From NCBI GenBank assembly GCA_964399675.1, contig CAYNRK010000006.1:1886-65885 (forward strand): a DNA stretch of 64,000 bases, written 5' to 3'. The notes under the pieces were generated by a model. The model was not told the DNA's origin. It saw only the letters and a program-made list of their open reading frames with translations, and made no database searches. The translations under genes were made by a program, and so were the position numbers. Shown one piece after another: positions 18,841 to 28,423 of the stretch. Origin of the DNA: an uncultured Gammaproteobacteria bacterium. GTDB taxonomy: Bacteria > Patescibacteriota > Patescibacteriia > UBA9934 > GWF2-40-263. How positions within the stretch are numbered: the first letter of the stretch is position 1; each line of letters begins with the position of its first letter.

Positions 18841-19500
18841 CTAAAGTGAGGCTGCTTGCATTTCTTTTTTTATTTGAAGCTGAATTTCTACTTGAGTTTT
18901 ACCTCGTTCTGCCAACTCTTCTGCTCTTTCAAAAATTGTTTTTACAAATCTTGGATCAGTGCCAAGAAGAATGCTCCAATCAAACAAATCGGCCTCACGA
19001 GCCCCTTCTTCATCCTGATGCATAAAATGAATTGTATATTCTTTTTCAGACACAGACCAACCAACAGAAAACATTAATATTCCATCCTGATCGTGTCGAC
19101 GAAGATAGCGACGGTAAACCTCATAATCATCAATTACGTATCTTTCAAGAGAATCAACACTGAGACCTTGCAATGTATCTTGATTCTCGTTTAGCCCTTC
19201 AACTATATCTCTTGCAACAATTGCATTGTCACCAATTGACACTTCCGCCTCTGAGTGAACCGGAAACTCACCTGGTTTAGTGCCGCCGTTAAATTTAACA
19301 ACAAACACTTCCTTGTCTTCATCCCACTCAATCTCAATCTGATGGGTACCAATCTGAATTGTCTCATAAAAATCAGAATCTTCTTCATGACCAAGTTCGT
19401 CATCAACAAATTGTTGATCTTTAACAGCCTGTTCTAAAAGTCTTGCTTCTTCAGGTGACCTGTCTGCTGGTTTACCCGAAGCTTCTCTAAATCTTGGCAT
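18841..19500 (-). CDS. Hypothetical acidic protein, short paralog of 19505-20692
   Basis: The start is ATG at 19500 (MPRFREASGKP). It shares the modules ...QIGTHQIEIEWDEDKEVF... and ...YTIHFMHQDEE... with its neighbour. Confidence 0.45.
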   Translation of the reverse strand: MPRFREASGKPADRSPEEARLLEQAVKDQQFVDDELGHEEDSDFYETIQIGTHQIEIEWDEDKEVFVVKFNGGTKPGEFPVHSEAEVSIGDNAIVARDIVEGLNENQDTLQGLSVDSLERYVIDDYEVYRRYLRRHDQDGILMFSVGWSVSEKEYTIHFMHQDEEGAREADLFDWSILLGTDPRFVKTIFERAEELAERGKTQVEIQLQIKKEMQAASL

Positions 19501-19504
19501 AATA

Positions 19505-20692
19505 TTAAAGCTTAGGAAGCTCTTCTTCGATAATTTTATAAATCTCACCTTGCCCCTTGCCTTGTTCTGAAAGCTCTACAGCCCTGTCAAATGCACGCTT
19601 TGCTTTTTGTGGTCGTTCACCAAGCTTGATATCAGGACTTGTAAATACATAATCTATTTCCAAATCCTGATTTTTTAAAAGAAAGTGGAGAATATATTCA
19701 TCTGTACGAGCACACCAATAAACATTAAGCAATGTTTCTCCATCTTTTTCATATCTCTCAAAATAACGACCATATTGATCTTTGGCTTCTTTAATAAATT
19801 TTTCTAATTGCAATCCGTTTTCACACTCAGGGTCGTCTTCAGTCAAAGCATCACAAACATCCTTCACAACCTCTAAATTGTCGCCTAAATTAACTTTTCG
19901 ATTGGTACTTAAGTCTTTCGTCGTTATTGTTGCCACATATTCACCTCTCTGCTCATCCCATGTTATTTCAATCTCAAAATCTCCAACTTGTAAAAACTCC
20001 TCATATTCTGGATCTGTTTCATGACCAAGCACTGAGTCAACAAAAATCCGATCTATAACTTCAGCTTTTATTTTCAAAACACTTTCAAGTATTTCTGAAA
20101 ACTCATCATTATTACTTATCCATTGAATTCTTTTGGAAAATTCTTCCATTACTGCCCTTGGTACTGTTTCGACCGTTCCATAACTGACTGGAAATATTGC
20201 CTTTGAAAAAATTTCGGTGGTGTTTGAAACCTCACAAAAATACGCCTCCTTTTCATCGTCAAAACCAATTTTAATTTTAACATCATTGTGCTCAACTGTT
20301 TCTGAATAAGAAGCAGGATCTTCTGATTCAATTAATCCAACAAACTCTAAATTAAAATCAATGTCTGAGAGCCCAAGAACATGATCTTCTAACATTTTAA
20401 AAACTTCCAGTGCGGTATCAGGAATACCTCCATACGTTTCTTCAGCTATTTTGAGTGCTTTGATTTCCCTAACACAATAATGAGCAACCTCTTCGGTTTC
20501 AATAGGAATAATCACTGATTCATCCTCAATTCTTTTATCACGTATCTCACAGAAAAACTGACCCCTTCTTGAATCCCAACCAACAGTAAACGTTGCAAAA
20601 AGTGTGTTTATCACTTCTGGTGAAAATTCTTTTCTTTCTTCTTCAGCTTCTTCTGAGCCACGAGAACCCCATTCAGGTCTTGGTGTTGGCAT
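19505..20692 (-). CDS. Hypothetical acidic protein with two internal copies of the module found in 18841-19500
   Basis: The start is ATG at 20692 (MPTPRPEW). Both paralogs start with the identical AATATTATGCC context. Confidence 0.45.
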   Translation of the reverse strand: MPTPRPEWGSRGSEEAEEERKEFSPEVINTLFATFTVGWDSRRGQFFCEIRDKRIEDESVIIPIETEEVAHYCVREIKALKIAEETYGGIPDTALEVFKMLEDHVLGLSDIDFNLEFVGLIESEDPASYSETVEHNDVKIKIGFDDEKEAYFCEVSNTTEIFSKAIFPVSYGTVETVPRAVMEEFSKRIQWISNNDEFSEILESVLKIKAEVIDRIFVDSVLGHETDPEYEEFLQVGDFEIEITWDEQRGEYVATITTKDLSTNRKVNLGDNLEVVKDVCDALTEDDPECENGLQLEKFIKEAKDQYGRYFERYEKDGETLLNVYWCARTDEYILHFLLKNQDLEIDYVFTSPDIKLGERPQKAKRAFDRAVELSEQGKGQGEIYKIIEEELPKL

Positions 20693-20696
20693 AATA

Positions 20697-22055
20697 TTAA
20701 ACAATAAGTGGTAAAGGATGAAGCTCGCTTGGGCGGCCAAGTACAAGATCTTCGATACGGTACACCCCATGCGTTGGTGCTTCAATATAGCCGTTCCAGG
20801 CCATGCGCGCCATGCCCCCTGAGTTTATCCAATCAAATAACCACTCATTTGTATAGCGTGCATCGTTCATTGGAACTCCACCACCAACATAATCAAGCCA
20901 AATACGGTTAAATTCCTCTTGTGAGCCGATTGGCGGGGCCATAACGACCGCAATGCCCAAACCGGTATAAAAAGACAACTCAGACGGTTTTGTCCACAAA
21001 ATATCAGTTGTTTTCAAAATCTCGTTAAAGCCCGAAAAGTATTCAGTGCGGCAATCAAACTCTGGTACAAGCACCCATTCTCCAAGCTCTCTTTTAAGCC
21101 CAGCGTCTTGCACTGCTTTTCGATAAAAACGAGCTGCGTCTTTTCTTACACCAGCAACAAGATTTAATCTGATTTGATGTTGTCGAATTTTTTGTCTTAA
21201 GCTTTTTAAAATCTTAACTCCAAGTTGACGCTGCGCTCCTGCTCCTCCAACACTGTATGTGACTGTTAATGGATGTTCGTTTTTTTTATTTTTGCCTCGA
21301 GCTTTTCCTAATTCACCTTTCAATGTTTTTGAATATCGATCCATAAAAATTCCTTGTGGATCAAGATTGGCTATTCTGCTCATTAAAAGATCCTTAAGTA
21401 CGGTTGACTTTGCTCCACCAATTAATTCTTTTGGCAATGGAAAACCTGTTGCAAAAATATTTTCATCTCGAACACCATACAACTTTAATCTTTCAACCAC
21501 ACGTCCATTGCTGGCTAAATACTTAATACGGCTTGAGTGCGGATGCATGGGTGCCCATGCGCGCGAGATATCAGCATCAGTTGTTAAGCACCAAATGTCT
21601 CCGGGATAATCATAGTAATCTGCAAAAAATGCTGGAATAAAAAAAGTTGTAACAAGCGGTAATGGATTCTCTGCAAGCTTATCAACCAAATGTTGTCCCA
21701 ATCCATTCTTGATCATATGAAAAATCTGCTTGACCTGAATGCTTGGCTTTGACAAATCTCGACGCGGATAAAACTTTGGAATCTGTTGCCAATGATCAAG
21801 TGCTTCAAAGAAAAAATCACCAATCACTGGAATTGGTTTAAGTCTGGAAATTGTTTCATAAATCTCCCGGCTCTGTTGCCAGAGCTTTTTGTCATGTTTT
21901 GGAATGCCTTTGTAATCATTGGCGGAAATAACCTCACCGCCACCAAGACTGCGAAGCGTGTGCGCTGCGCGCGAATGTCCGTATCCCATGTTCACATCAA
22001 CTACATAAGCTTTTTTTTCTCCTTTGTGTTTGTGAGTGTGATTTTTTTTCGGCAT
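20697..22055 (-). CDS. Glycosyltransferase, MGDG-synthase/UgtP-like (GT28-type)
   Basis: The N-terminal motif is VVDVNMGYGHSRAAHTL (G-x-GH). The size and a C-terminal GT-B-like region fit. The start is taken at ATG 22055, abutting the LOG gene. Confidence 0.4.
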   Translation of the reverse strand: MPKKNHTHKHKGEKKAYVVDVNMGYGHSRAAHTLRSLGGGEVISANDYKGIPKHDKKLWQQSREIYETISRLKPIPVIGDFFFEALDHWQQIPKFYPRRDLSKPSIQVKQIFHMIKNGLGQHLVDKLAENPLPLVTTFFIPAFFADYYDYPGDIWCLTTDADISRAWAPMHPHSSRIKYLASNGRVVERLKLYGVRDENIFATGFPLPKELIGGAKSTVLKDLLMSRIANLDPQGIFMDRYSKTLKGELGKARGKNKKNEHPLTVTYSVGGAGAQRQLGVKILKSLRQKIRQHQIRLNLVAGVRKDAARFYRKAVQDAGLKRELGEWVLVPEFDCRTEYFSGFNEILKTTDILWTKPSELSFYTGLGIAVVMAPPIGSQEEFNRIWLDYVGGGVPMNDARYTNEWLFDWINSGGMARMAWNGYIEAPTHGVYRIEDLVLGRPSELHPLPLIV

Positions 22056-22056
22056 A

Positions 22057-22788
22057 CTAAAAAAAGGTTCGCTCTTTTGATTTTGAAATAATCTCAAAAG
22101 CTTCTTCTGCTGTATCAACAATTTTAACAAGCTTTAAATCTTTTGCAGAAACTGTTTTGTATTGTTTTAATTGAACAGTATCAACCCATTTGAATAACCC
22201 TTCCCAAAAATCTTTTCCAACACAAACAATCGGTGTCTTTTGCATCTTCTTTGTTTGTACAAGTGTAATGATTTCAAAAAACTCATCCAATGTTCCAAAA
22301 CCTCCTGGAAAATAAACATATGCTTGCGCAGATGCAGCAAGCATGACTTTTCGAGTAAAGAAATAATGAAAACCACGACCGCGTGTAACAAACTTGTTAA
22401 TTCGCTGCTCAAACGGAAGTTGGATATTAAGACCGATTGATTCTCCTCCTCCCTGTTTTGCCCCCTTGTTTCCTCCTTCCATAATCCCGGGTCCGCCACC
22501 GGTAATAATTGTAAAACCTTTTTCTGCCAAGAGTTTCCCGAGTTTTACTGATTCTTTATACCACCTGTTTGTTGGTTTAAATCTAGCTGAGCCAAAAAAC
22601 GTAACTTCCCGACATGACTCTGACAAAAATTGAAATCCCTCTACAAACTCAGCCATTATTCGAAAAATTCTCCAAGTAATCTCATGAATGTGCGTTGGTT
22701 CTAATTTTTGATCATCTGCTGCAAGCGGCAACCTACAGACGTGATCTTTTGATCCATGAACCGGATCTTTGTGTGATTTTGATGACAT
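22057..22788 (-). CDS. LOG-family protein (cytokinin riboside 5'-monophosphate phosphoribohydrolase-like Rossmann protein)
   Basis: It has the PGGFGTLDEFFE motif and the GGGPGIMEG glycine-rich loop. Confidence 0.65.
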   Translation of the reverse strand: MSSKSHKDPVHGSKDHVCRLPLAADDQKLEPTHIHEITWRIFRIMAEFVEGFQFLSESCREVTFFGSARFKPTNRWYKESVKLGKLLAEKGFTIITGGGPGIMEGGNKGAKQGGGESIGLNIQLPFEQRINKFVTRGRGFHYFFTRKVMLAASAQAYVYFPGGFGTLDEFFEIITLVQTKKMQKTPIVCVGKDFWEGLFKWVDTVQLKQYKTVSAKDLKLVKIVDTAEEAFEIISKSKERTFF

Positions 22789-22807
22789 ATTGGTTTATTT
22801 TAACACA

Positions 22808-23341
22808 CTAAAGCAGATATTGCTTTAAAGCTTTTCTATGTGATTTATGTTGTGGACAAAAGAATTCTACAGCCTTCCAAAAGGTTTTTGAATGATTGAA
22901 GTGAACAGAGTGACAAAGTTCATGAACAATAATATAGTCAGCCAACTCTTTGGGAAGAAGCGAGAGTTTGTAATGAAATCCAAGCGAGCCGCTTGTTGAA
23001 CAACTCCCCCATTGTGCTTTATAGTTTCTTAATTTTATTGACTTGACTTCAAATTGAAACCGCTCTGAATGAGTGCTAATACACTCTTCAATTAATTCCA
23101 AAGTTTGTTCTTTGATTTTTTCTATTGAGATCCCTTGGTGTGTAAGATGAATTTTTTTCTTAAATTTTTGTGATTTAGAAACCTGACGATTAATCCAATC
23201 AATATTCTTGTTAATAAATCGTTTGATTTGTTCTTCTGATGGCGGCCGTCTTTTTGGAACAACCATTTCACATCGCCCATCCCAATGCACAACAATACTA
23301 ATATTTTTAGCACGAGAACTCTGCCTAACCGGAATGTTCAT
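22808..23341 (-). CDS. YgjP-like metal-dependent hydrolase (DUF45/WLM-type zinc metallopeptidase fold)
   Basis: The HELCHSVHFNHSKTFW motif (HExxH...NHS) is present. Confidence 0.6.
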   Translation of the reverse strand: MNIPVRQSSRAKNISIVVHWDGRCEMVVPKRRPPSEEQIKRFINKNIDWINRQVSKSQKFKKKIHLTHQGISIEKIKEQTLELIEECISTHSERFQFEVKSIKLRNYKAQWGSCSTSGSLGFHYKLSLLPKELADYIIVHELCHSVHFNHSKTFWKAVEFFCPQHKSHRKALKQYLL

Positions 23342-23367
23342 AGATGTTAATTATATCAGAAACAGAC

Positions 23368-23458
23368 GTGCCACCAGGAGACTCTCTCCTGGTGGCACTC
23401 TTAACAGGAATTGAAAAAGCACTAAGGGTGTTACCGGGATAGTCCTTCCCGGTAACAC
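23368..23458. other. Two perfect hairpins (GTGCCACCAGGAG-agactctc-TCCTGGTGGCAC at 23368-23398 and GTGTTACCGGGA-tagtcc-TTCCCGGTAACAC at 23428-23458) in the DUF45 5' leader / divergent intergenic
   Basis: The stems are 12-13 bp and perfect. The second is followed by CCCCTTGTTTTG on the plus strand. Confidence 0.5.
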
Positions 23459-23467
23459 CCCCTTGTT

Positions 23468-23496
23468 TTGACAAAAACCAAATTTTTATGTAATTT
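23468..23496 (+). promoter_or_regulatory. Sigma70-type promoter TTGACA-17-TAATTT
   Basis: The -35 is a perfect consensus and the spacer is 17 nt. It is followed by AAAAGGGG and the ATG at 23530. Confidence 0.5.
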
Positions 23497-23529
23497 TCTC
23501 TTGTTCTTCCAGAACAAAAGGGGTACAGG

Positions 23530-23736
23530 ATGTTGGATCTCACGCTTGGACAAACACACCGTCTCCAGCACATGGGCCAGAACGCAGTAATGGCCGCAGT
23601 CGAAGGACTTGGTCTTCAAAGGAGAGATGTTGACCTCCTCTTCATCACAGACCAGCTTCAACAACTTCTCAACGACGCAGTGCTTGGTGTGGTAACGCAA
23701 GCCGTTCGCCAGTCTCTGCCTGACGCTCCGAGGTAG
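23530..23736 (+). CDS. Small hypothetical protein (68 aa) with moderately elevated GC
   Basis: The ORF has its own promoter and a weak SD. Its composition is higher in GC than the flanks and I recognise no motif. Confidence 0.35.
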   Translation: MLDLTLGQTHRLQHMGQNAVMAAVEGLGLQRRDVDLLFITDQLQQLLNDAVLGVVTQAVRQSLPDAPR

Positions 23737-23828
23737 TTCGCCTGAACAACCTCATTTTCTTTTTAACCAACCAGACTAGACAAAAAAAATCAAAATTGTT
23801 ATAGTTCCTGCGCATTAAACTTACACCT

Positions 23829-24077
23829 ATGTCAAAATCCTGCATTATCACAGGCAAAAAGACCCGAACCGGATACAATGTGTCAAAATCCAATCGTCGA
23901 ACAAAGCGGAAACTAAAGCCAAATTTGCAAAAGAAGCGGCTTCTGAATCCTGCAACAGGACGAATGGTCACGGTCATAATCTCAACTTCTGGAATGCGAA
24001 CCCTTAAAAAGTGGGATCGCGAAGGAAAAAAATACGACCTGGCACAAATCAAAAAACAAGGGTCATTGTCAAAGTAA
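23829..24077 (+). CDS. rpmB: 50S ribosomal protein L28
   Basis: MSKSCIITGKKTRTGYNVSKSNRRTKRKLKPNLQKKR... is the classic L28 pattern. Confidence 0.8.
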   Translation: MSKSCIITGKKTRTGYNVSKSNRRTKRKLKPNLQKKRLLNPATGRMVTVIISTSGMRTLKKWDREGKKYDLAQIKKQGSLSK

Positions 24078-24078
24078 A

Positions 24079-24108
24079 ACACCCTCGCTCAGAGGGTGTT
24101 TTCGATTT
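24079..24108. terminator. Bidirectional intrinsic terminator between rpmB and hflX
   Basis: AACACCCTC-gctcag-AGGGTGTT is followed by a T-rich run. Confidence 0.55.
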
Positions 24109-25210
24109 CCTTTACCAATCCTTCCAATCCATCCTTTTTTTCAGCTGAAATCCAAATGTGATCTTGATCAAACAATTTTTCATCAATTCTCTTCATGTCT
24201 TTTTTAGAAATCTGATCAATCTTATTTAAAACTAAAAGCTGTGGCTTTTCATTAATTCCCAACTTTTCCAAAATATCATCCACTACTTTCATTTGTTGAA
24301 ACATATGCTCGTCTGAGGCATCAACAACATGAAGCAAAATATTAGCCTCAACAGACTCGGACAAAGTTGATGCAAACGCTTTTAAAAGTTCAGGTGGAAG
24401 TTGTTTTATAAATCCAATTGTGTCTGAAACAAGACATGTTTTTCTTTTCCCTGGCAAAAATAATTCGCCAACGCGAGTATCAAGCGTTGCAAACAATTCA
24501 TCTGCCACGTATTCCTTGCGTCCAGTAAGTGAATTGAGCAAAGTTGTTTTTCCAGCATTGGTGTACCCAACAATTGCAACTGTTTTTAAATTTCTTCTTG
24601 TTCGAGAATCACGCTGCAGCTTTCGACCCTTTTCATACTTTTCCAATTTCTTTTTGATCTTTCGTTCTTTTTCTTTTAAGTGACGTTTCATTCGCTCAAC
24701 GTTTGTCTCACCAACCCCAACTGTTCCAATTCCACCGGCTTGACGCGAAAGCTCCATTCCCATACCAAAAATTCGTGGGCCCATGTGACGAATACTTGCA
24801 AGTTCAATCTCTAGCTTTGCTTCAGTGGTTTGTGCATGCTTTGCAAAAATTTTTAAAATAAGATCAATCCTGTCCCAAACCTGAATGTTAACTTTTCCAA
24901 GCACTTCTGAGAGCTCATAAACTTGCCTGGGTTTTAAACGATCATTAATAATCAAAAGCGACACCCCCTTTTCCTCTCCTTCTTCTGCAAGCTCGTGCAC
25001 CTTTCCGGTTCCAATAAATGTTCTCGGATGTGGTGCAAAACGTTTCTGCCATTTTTTAACAATCACAATTCCGCCGTAAGTATTTACAAGTTCTTCAAGT
25101 TCAAGCATCCGATCCATTGCATGCTCCTTTAACATGCGTGGATGAATGAGATCGATTAGAATGGCTTTTTGTTCTTTCTTCATGAAAGAATCATAGCATA
25201 AAAGAAACAT
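24089..25210 (-). CDS. hflX: GTPase HflX
   Basis: It has the G1 motif GYTNAGKTTLLN, G3 DTIGFI and G4 NKID, with an N-terminal HflX-type domain. An alternative start is MKKEQK at 25183. Confidence 0.7.
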   Translation of the reverse strand: MFLLCYDSFMKKEQKAILIDLIHPRMLKEHAMDRMLELEELVNTYGGIVIVKKWQKRFAPHPRTFIGTGKVHELAEEGEEKGVSLLIINDRLKPRQVYELSEVLGKVNIQVWDRIDLILKIFAKHAQTTEAKLEIELASIRHMGPRIFGMGMELSRQAGGIGTVGVGETNVERMKRHLKEKERKIKKKLEKYEKGRKLQRDSRTRRNLKTVAIVGYTNAGKTTLLNSLTGRKEYVADELFATLDTRVGELFLPGKRKTCLVSDTIGFIKQLPPELLKAFASTLSESVEANILLHVVDASDEHMFQQMKVVDDILEKLGINEKPQLLVLNKIDQISKKDMKRIDEKLFDQDHIWISAEKKDGLEGLVKEIENTL

Positions 25211-25263
25211 CCGCCGTCGCTCCGTTGGAGCTATGGCGGACAGGCCCGACCAGAAGGCCAGGC

Positions 25264-25638
25264 TTAGAAAGAGTCGGGGTTGGCGAGAATTCTGAGATTC
25301 CCCAAAAGAGGAGTATAGAGCTGTCGGACTGAATCTGGTTCCAAAGTCCGATGCACTTCACCTACGCACACCATCTCGAGAAGGTTCACTCTTCCCGAGC
25401 TGTCACGGACCAAGGTTGCTGCTGTGTCGTAGTCCTTGCGTTCCACAAGGTAGCGCAGTGCGTACCAGACAAAGCTGATCTCGCCAAGCAGCAGAACCCT
25501 GTGCGCAGGCTCGAGCCTTGGGGCTTTGCTTTTCGATGCGGCGAGAAGCGAGTGGTCGAGAACCTGTCCAGGTTCCTTTTCCAGGATTTGCATCACGTCT
25601 CGAAGGGTTTCTGCTGTGACCTTATCTTGATGACTCAT
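25264..25638 (-). CDS. Hypothetical protein (124 aa), GC-elevated cassette 3
   Basis: ATG at 25638 lies 5 nt after GGAG. It has its own promoter and terminator. GC is about 54% by eye against about 38% in the flanks. Confidence 0.5.
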   Translation of the reverse strand: MSHQDKVTAETLRDVMQILEKEPGQVLDHSLLAASKSKAPRLEPAHRVLLLGEISFVWYALRYLVERKDYDTAATLVRDSSGRVNLLEMVCVGEVHRTLEPDSVRQLYTPLLGNLRILANPDSF

Positions 25639-25668
25639 CACAACTCCGGTTGCATTCAACAAGAAAAG

Positions 25669-25697
25669 AGGTTACATGAAAAATCTCTTTGTGTCAA
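25669..25697 (-). promoter_or_regulatory. Promoter TTGACA-17-TAACCT (minus strand) for cassette 3
   Basis: The reverse complement of 25692-25697 is TTGACA. The spacer is exactly 17 nt and the -10 is TAACCT. Confidence 0.45.
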
Positions 25698-25699
25698 TC

Positions 25700-25732
25700 A
25701 AAAAACCCAGAACTTGAGTCTGGGCTTTTTTT
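25700..25732. terminator. Bidirectional intrinsic terminator downstream of hupB
   Basis: AAAAAACCCAGAACTTGAGTCTGGGCTTTTTTT. Confidence 0.6.
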
Positions 25733-25774
25733 CCGATTGCGAGTTTTCCACAGCCGGATTTGAATTTTCTCTAT

Positions 25775-26056
25775 CTAGAGCACTGCTTCCTTAGCAGCCT
25801 TTGCTACTCGGAATTTGACGACCGTTTTTGCTGGAATGTGAATTGATTCACCGGTCATGGGGTTTCGTCCCATGCGGGCAGCTCGGTCCTTTTTGACGAG
25901 CTTTCCAAGCCCTGGGAGTGGAAATTCCCCATTATTTACTACTTCTCGGTAGGCAAGCTCAACGAACTTGTCCCAATGCTCTGAGGCTTCCTTCTTTGAA
26001 ACCCCCAACATTTCAGCCAAAGCATTCACGAATTGGCTTTTGGTCAATTTTGGCAT
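25775..26056 (-). CDS. hup: DNA-binding protein HU
   Basis: It is 93 aa and reads MPKLTKSQFVNALAE...GRNPMTGESIHIPAKTVVKFRV, the HU/IHF fold signature. Confidence 0.8.
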   Translation of the reverse strand: MPKLTKSQFVNALAEMLGVSKKEASEHWDKFVELAYREVVNNGEFPLPGLGKLVKKDRAARMGRNPMTGESIHIPAKTVVKFRVAKAAKEAVL

Positions 26057-26123
26057 AATTGTGGAAAACTTAGGAATTACGATGATTATATTAACATAAC
26101 CCTTATTTTTTGGGAATATGCAA

Positions 26124-26519
26124 TTATCTTTGTTGTGTAAAGTATTCTCTAGCCTTTTTTAAATCACCAACAATGATTGTTGCCATTTCTTCTTCACCGG
26201 GAAACGGAATTAACTCACGAACCTTGTCTAATAAAACTACGTTCAGATTTTTCCCTGTTAACTCAATGTTTTTATCAAGTAAATGAACTTCCATTTTCAA
26301 ACGATAGCCAGAACGCCCATCATTTATACAAACAAGAGATGGATGCATAATCCCATCAACTTCTGTTTCTCCTACATAAACCCCAAGAGCTGGAATTATC
26401 ACGCCTTGCTCTACGGCAATGTTTGCTGTTGGACATCCAAGTTTTGTAGCCCTTCCTTCTCCTTTTTCAACTCTGCCACTAAATGAAATTTGTTGCATAT
26501 TATTTGTAAAAACGAACAT
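26124..26519 (-). CDS. Riboflavin kinase domain protein (standalone RibF C-terminal domain)
   Basis: GRVEKGEGRATKLGCPTANI matches the RFK G-x-V-x-x-G-x-x-x-G...PTAN motif. Confidence 0.6.
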   Translation of the reverse strand: MFVFTNNMQQISFSGRVEKGEGRATKLGCPTANIAVEQGVIIPALGVYVGETEVDGIMHPSLVCINDGRSGYRLKMEVHLLDKNIELTGKNLNVVLLDKVRELIPFPGEEEMATIIVGDLKKAREYFTQQR

Positions 26520-26558
26520 CTACCAGCGTATCTGATATTTCTATATGCTGCAACTATT

Positions 26559-27167
26559 TCAATGGTCTCTCATTATTTCCTTAACATGCCCGATTGCCTT
26601 AATTACAATTTTGTTCATGTCCTCATAACTAAGCTGTTTGATTGCACGAGAAATTGGAATCCACTTTGCATCTTTAACATGCTGAGTTGGATCAGGTGAA
26701 AGCTTTGCGTTTTCCAATGTATCAAACAAAAAGTAATGGATGTCTTTATGGATAAGGGTTCCTCTCTTTTCAAATTGATCACGAAACCAAATATCAATAG
26801 TGCCTAGGTCTTCTAAAAACCGAATCTCTTGAAGCCCAAGCTCTTCCAATGTTTCACGCGCAGCAGCTTCCTCTATGTCCTCGCCTTTTTCAACATGACC
26901 TTTTGGAAATGTCCACTTTCCATAACTATCCTGCATCATTGCAAACCAAACTCGTCTACCCTTTCTTTTAAACACAACACCACCAGCTGAAACTTCTTTT
27001 TCTGCTTGCTGTTTTTTGGTTGAAGATCGAGTCGTTTTCTTTTTTGTCTTTGTGTCAACTGATTTTCTATTAACTTTAGATCGATGACTTACTCTAGTCG
27101 ACTTCCTCTGTTTCGTACGTCCCGAGGATGACTTCGATCGCTGTGTTTTTTTGCGGGTCAATGCCAT
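26559..27167 (-). CDS. NUDIX hydrolase with a basic N-terminal extension
   Basis: The Nudix box is GHVEKGEDIEEAAARETLEELG. The start is uncertain. ATG at 27167 would overlap ctpA by about 74 nt, so a later non-ATG start is possible. Confidence 0.55.
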   Translation of the reverse strand: MALTRKKTQRSKSSSGRTKQRKSTRVSHRSKVNRKSVDTKTKKKTTRSSTKKQQAEKEVSAGGVVFKRKGRRVWFAMMQDSYGKWTFPKGHVEKGEDIEEAAARETLEELGLQEIRFLEDLGTIDIWFRDQFEKRGTLIHKDIHYFLFDTLENAKLSPDPTQHVKDAKWIPISRAIKQLSYEDMNKIVIKAIGHVKEIMRDH

Positions 27168-28356
27168 TTTGATAGTTTTCAATAGTAAATGGTATTTCAA
27201 TGTCAGGATCAATTCCTGTTTCATTGATGCTTCGACCTTTTGGTGTGTACCAGGTTGCAATCGTGAGTTTTACAGCTGATCCATCTTTGAGCATTCTATA
27301 ATCTTGTACTGATCCTTTTCCAAATGTTGTTACTCCAATAAGCTCGGCTAAATCATAATCTTGAAGAGCTCCTGCAACGATTTCTGATCCGGAAGCACTT
27401 CCATTGTTAACAAGTACAATCGTCTTAATGTCGCTAAGACGAGGGGCTGTTGCTCCCTTAAATGATTTGGCACTGGTTTTTGCGCGCTCAATCACAACCG
27501 GCTGATACCCAACCCAAGCGGACGCAATATCAATTGCAGCCGTAAGCAGTCCGCCGGGATTACTTCTTAGATCCAAAACAATTCCTTTAACATTCTGTGC
27601 AAGCGCCTCTTGCACTGCTTCATTAAACAAAGGCACAGTGTCATCGTTAAACGTAGTGATGTCTATTTCCATTATGTTATTCTCGTCTATCTCCCATTTC
27701 ACACTATCTATCACAATAGTGTCACGAATGATTGTGAGCTCAAATAATGAATCCAAACCATTTCTGCTAACTGACAAAACAACGCGCGTTCCTTTTTCTC
27801 CACGTATTTTTGTGACAGCTTCTTCAATTGACATTCCACTGGTCTCAGCCCCATCTATGAGAACAATCCAATCTCCAGGCAGTGCGCCAGCACGTTCTGC
27901 CGGTGAGTTTTTAAGTGGTGCAACAATCTGCAACTTTTCATCCTTGATTCCAATCTCTGCTCCAATACCTTCAAAAGAGCCGTTTAGATTTGCCAAAAAT
28001 TTACCGGACTGTTCAGGGTCAAGAAAAACAGAGTAAGGGTCATCAAGGCCGGAAAGCATTCCTTTTAGCGCGCCATAATAGAGGTCTTTGTCTGAAACCG
28101 GTTGATCATAAAATTTTTCTTTTACAAGATTCCACACATCCCAAAATATATCGAAATCAACATCATTTGCACGCGAAGTAATTAATGAACTTTTATTAAT
28201 AATCTGCCCTTCACCATCTGGCACAATTTCACGCACAGCTTTTTGCTTTCCAATAAAAATTCCCAAACTAAATGCGGCTATCACAAGCAATGCACATAGA
28301 AGAATAACTATCGGTCGTGGAAGCCTTGGTTTTTGTTTTATAAATCGTGAGTTCAT
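27094..28356 (-). CDS. ctpA: Carboxyl-terminal processing protease (S41 family) with a PDZ domain
   Basis: There is a PDZ (GDWIVLIDG), an S41 catalytic block VNNGSASGSEIVAGALQD and LRSNPGG. Confidence 0.75.
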   Translation of the reverse strand: MNSRFIKQKPRLPRPIVILLCALLVIAAFSLGIFIGKQKAVREIVPDGEGQIINKSSLITSRANDVDFDIFWDVWNLVKEKFYDQPVSDKDLYYGALKGMLSGLDDPYSVFLDPEQSGKFLANLNGSFEGIGAEIGIKDEKLQIVAPLKNSPAERAGALPGDWIVLIDGAETSGMSIEEAVTKIRGEKGTRVVLSVSRNGLDSLFELTIIRDTIVIDSVKWEIDENNIMEIDITTFNDDTVPLFNEAVQEALAQNVKGIVLDLRSNPGGLLTAAIDIASAWVGYQPVVIERAKTSAKSFKGATAPRLSDIKTIVLVNNGSASGSEIVAGALQDYDLAELIGVTTFGKGSVQDYRMLKDGSAVKLTIATWYTPKGRSINETGIDPDIEIPFTIENYQNGIDPQKNTAIEVILGTYETEEVD

Positions 28357-28423
28357 ACCGCATAGGATACCGATTATGAAAACCCTTGTCGAGCTTACCT
28401 AAGTATGCGTACAATATCGCCAT

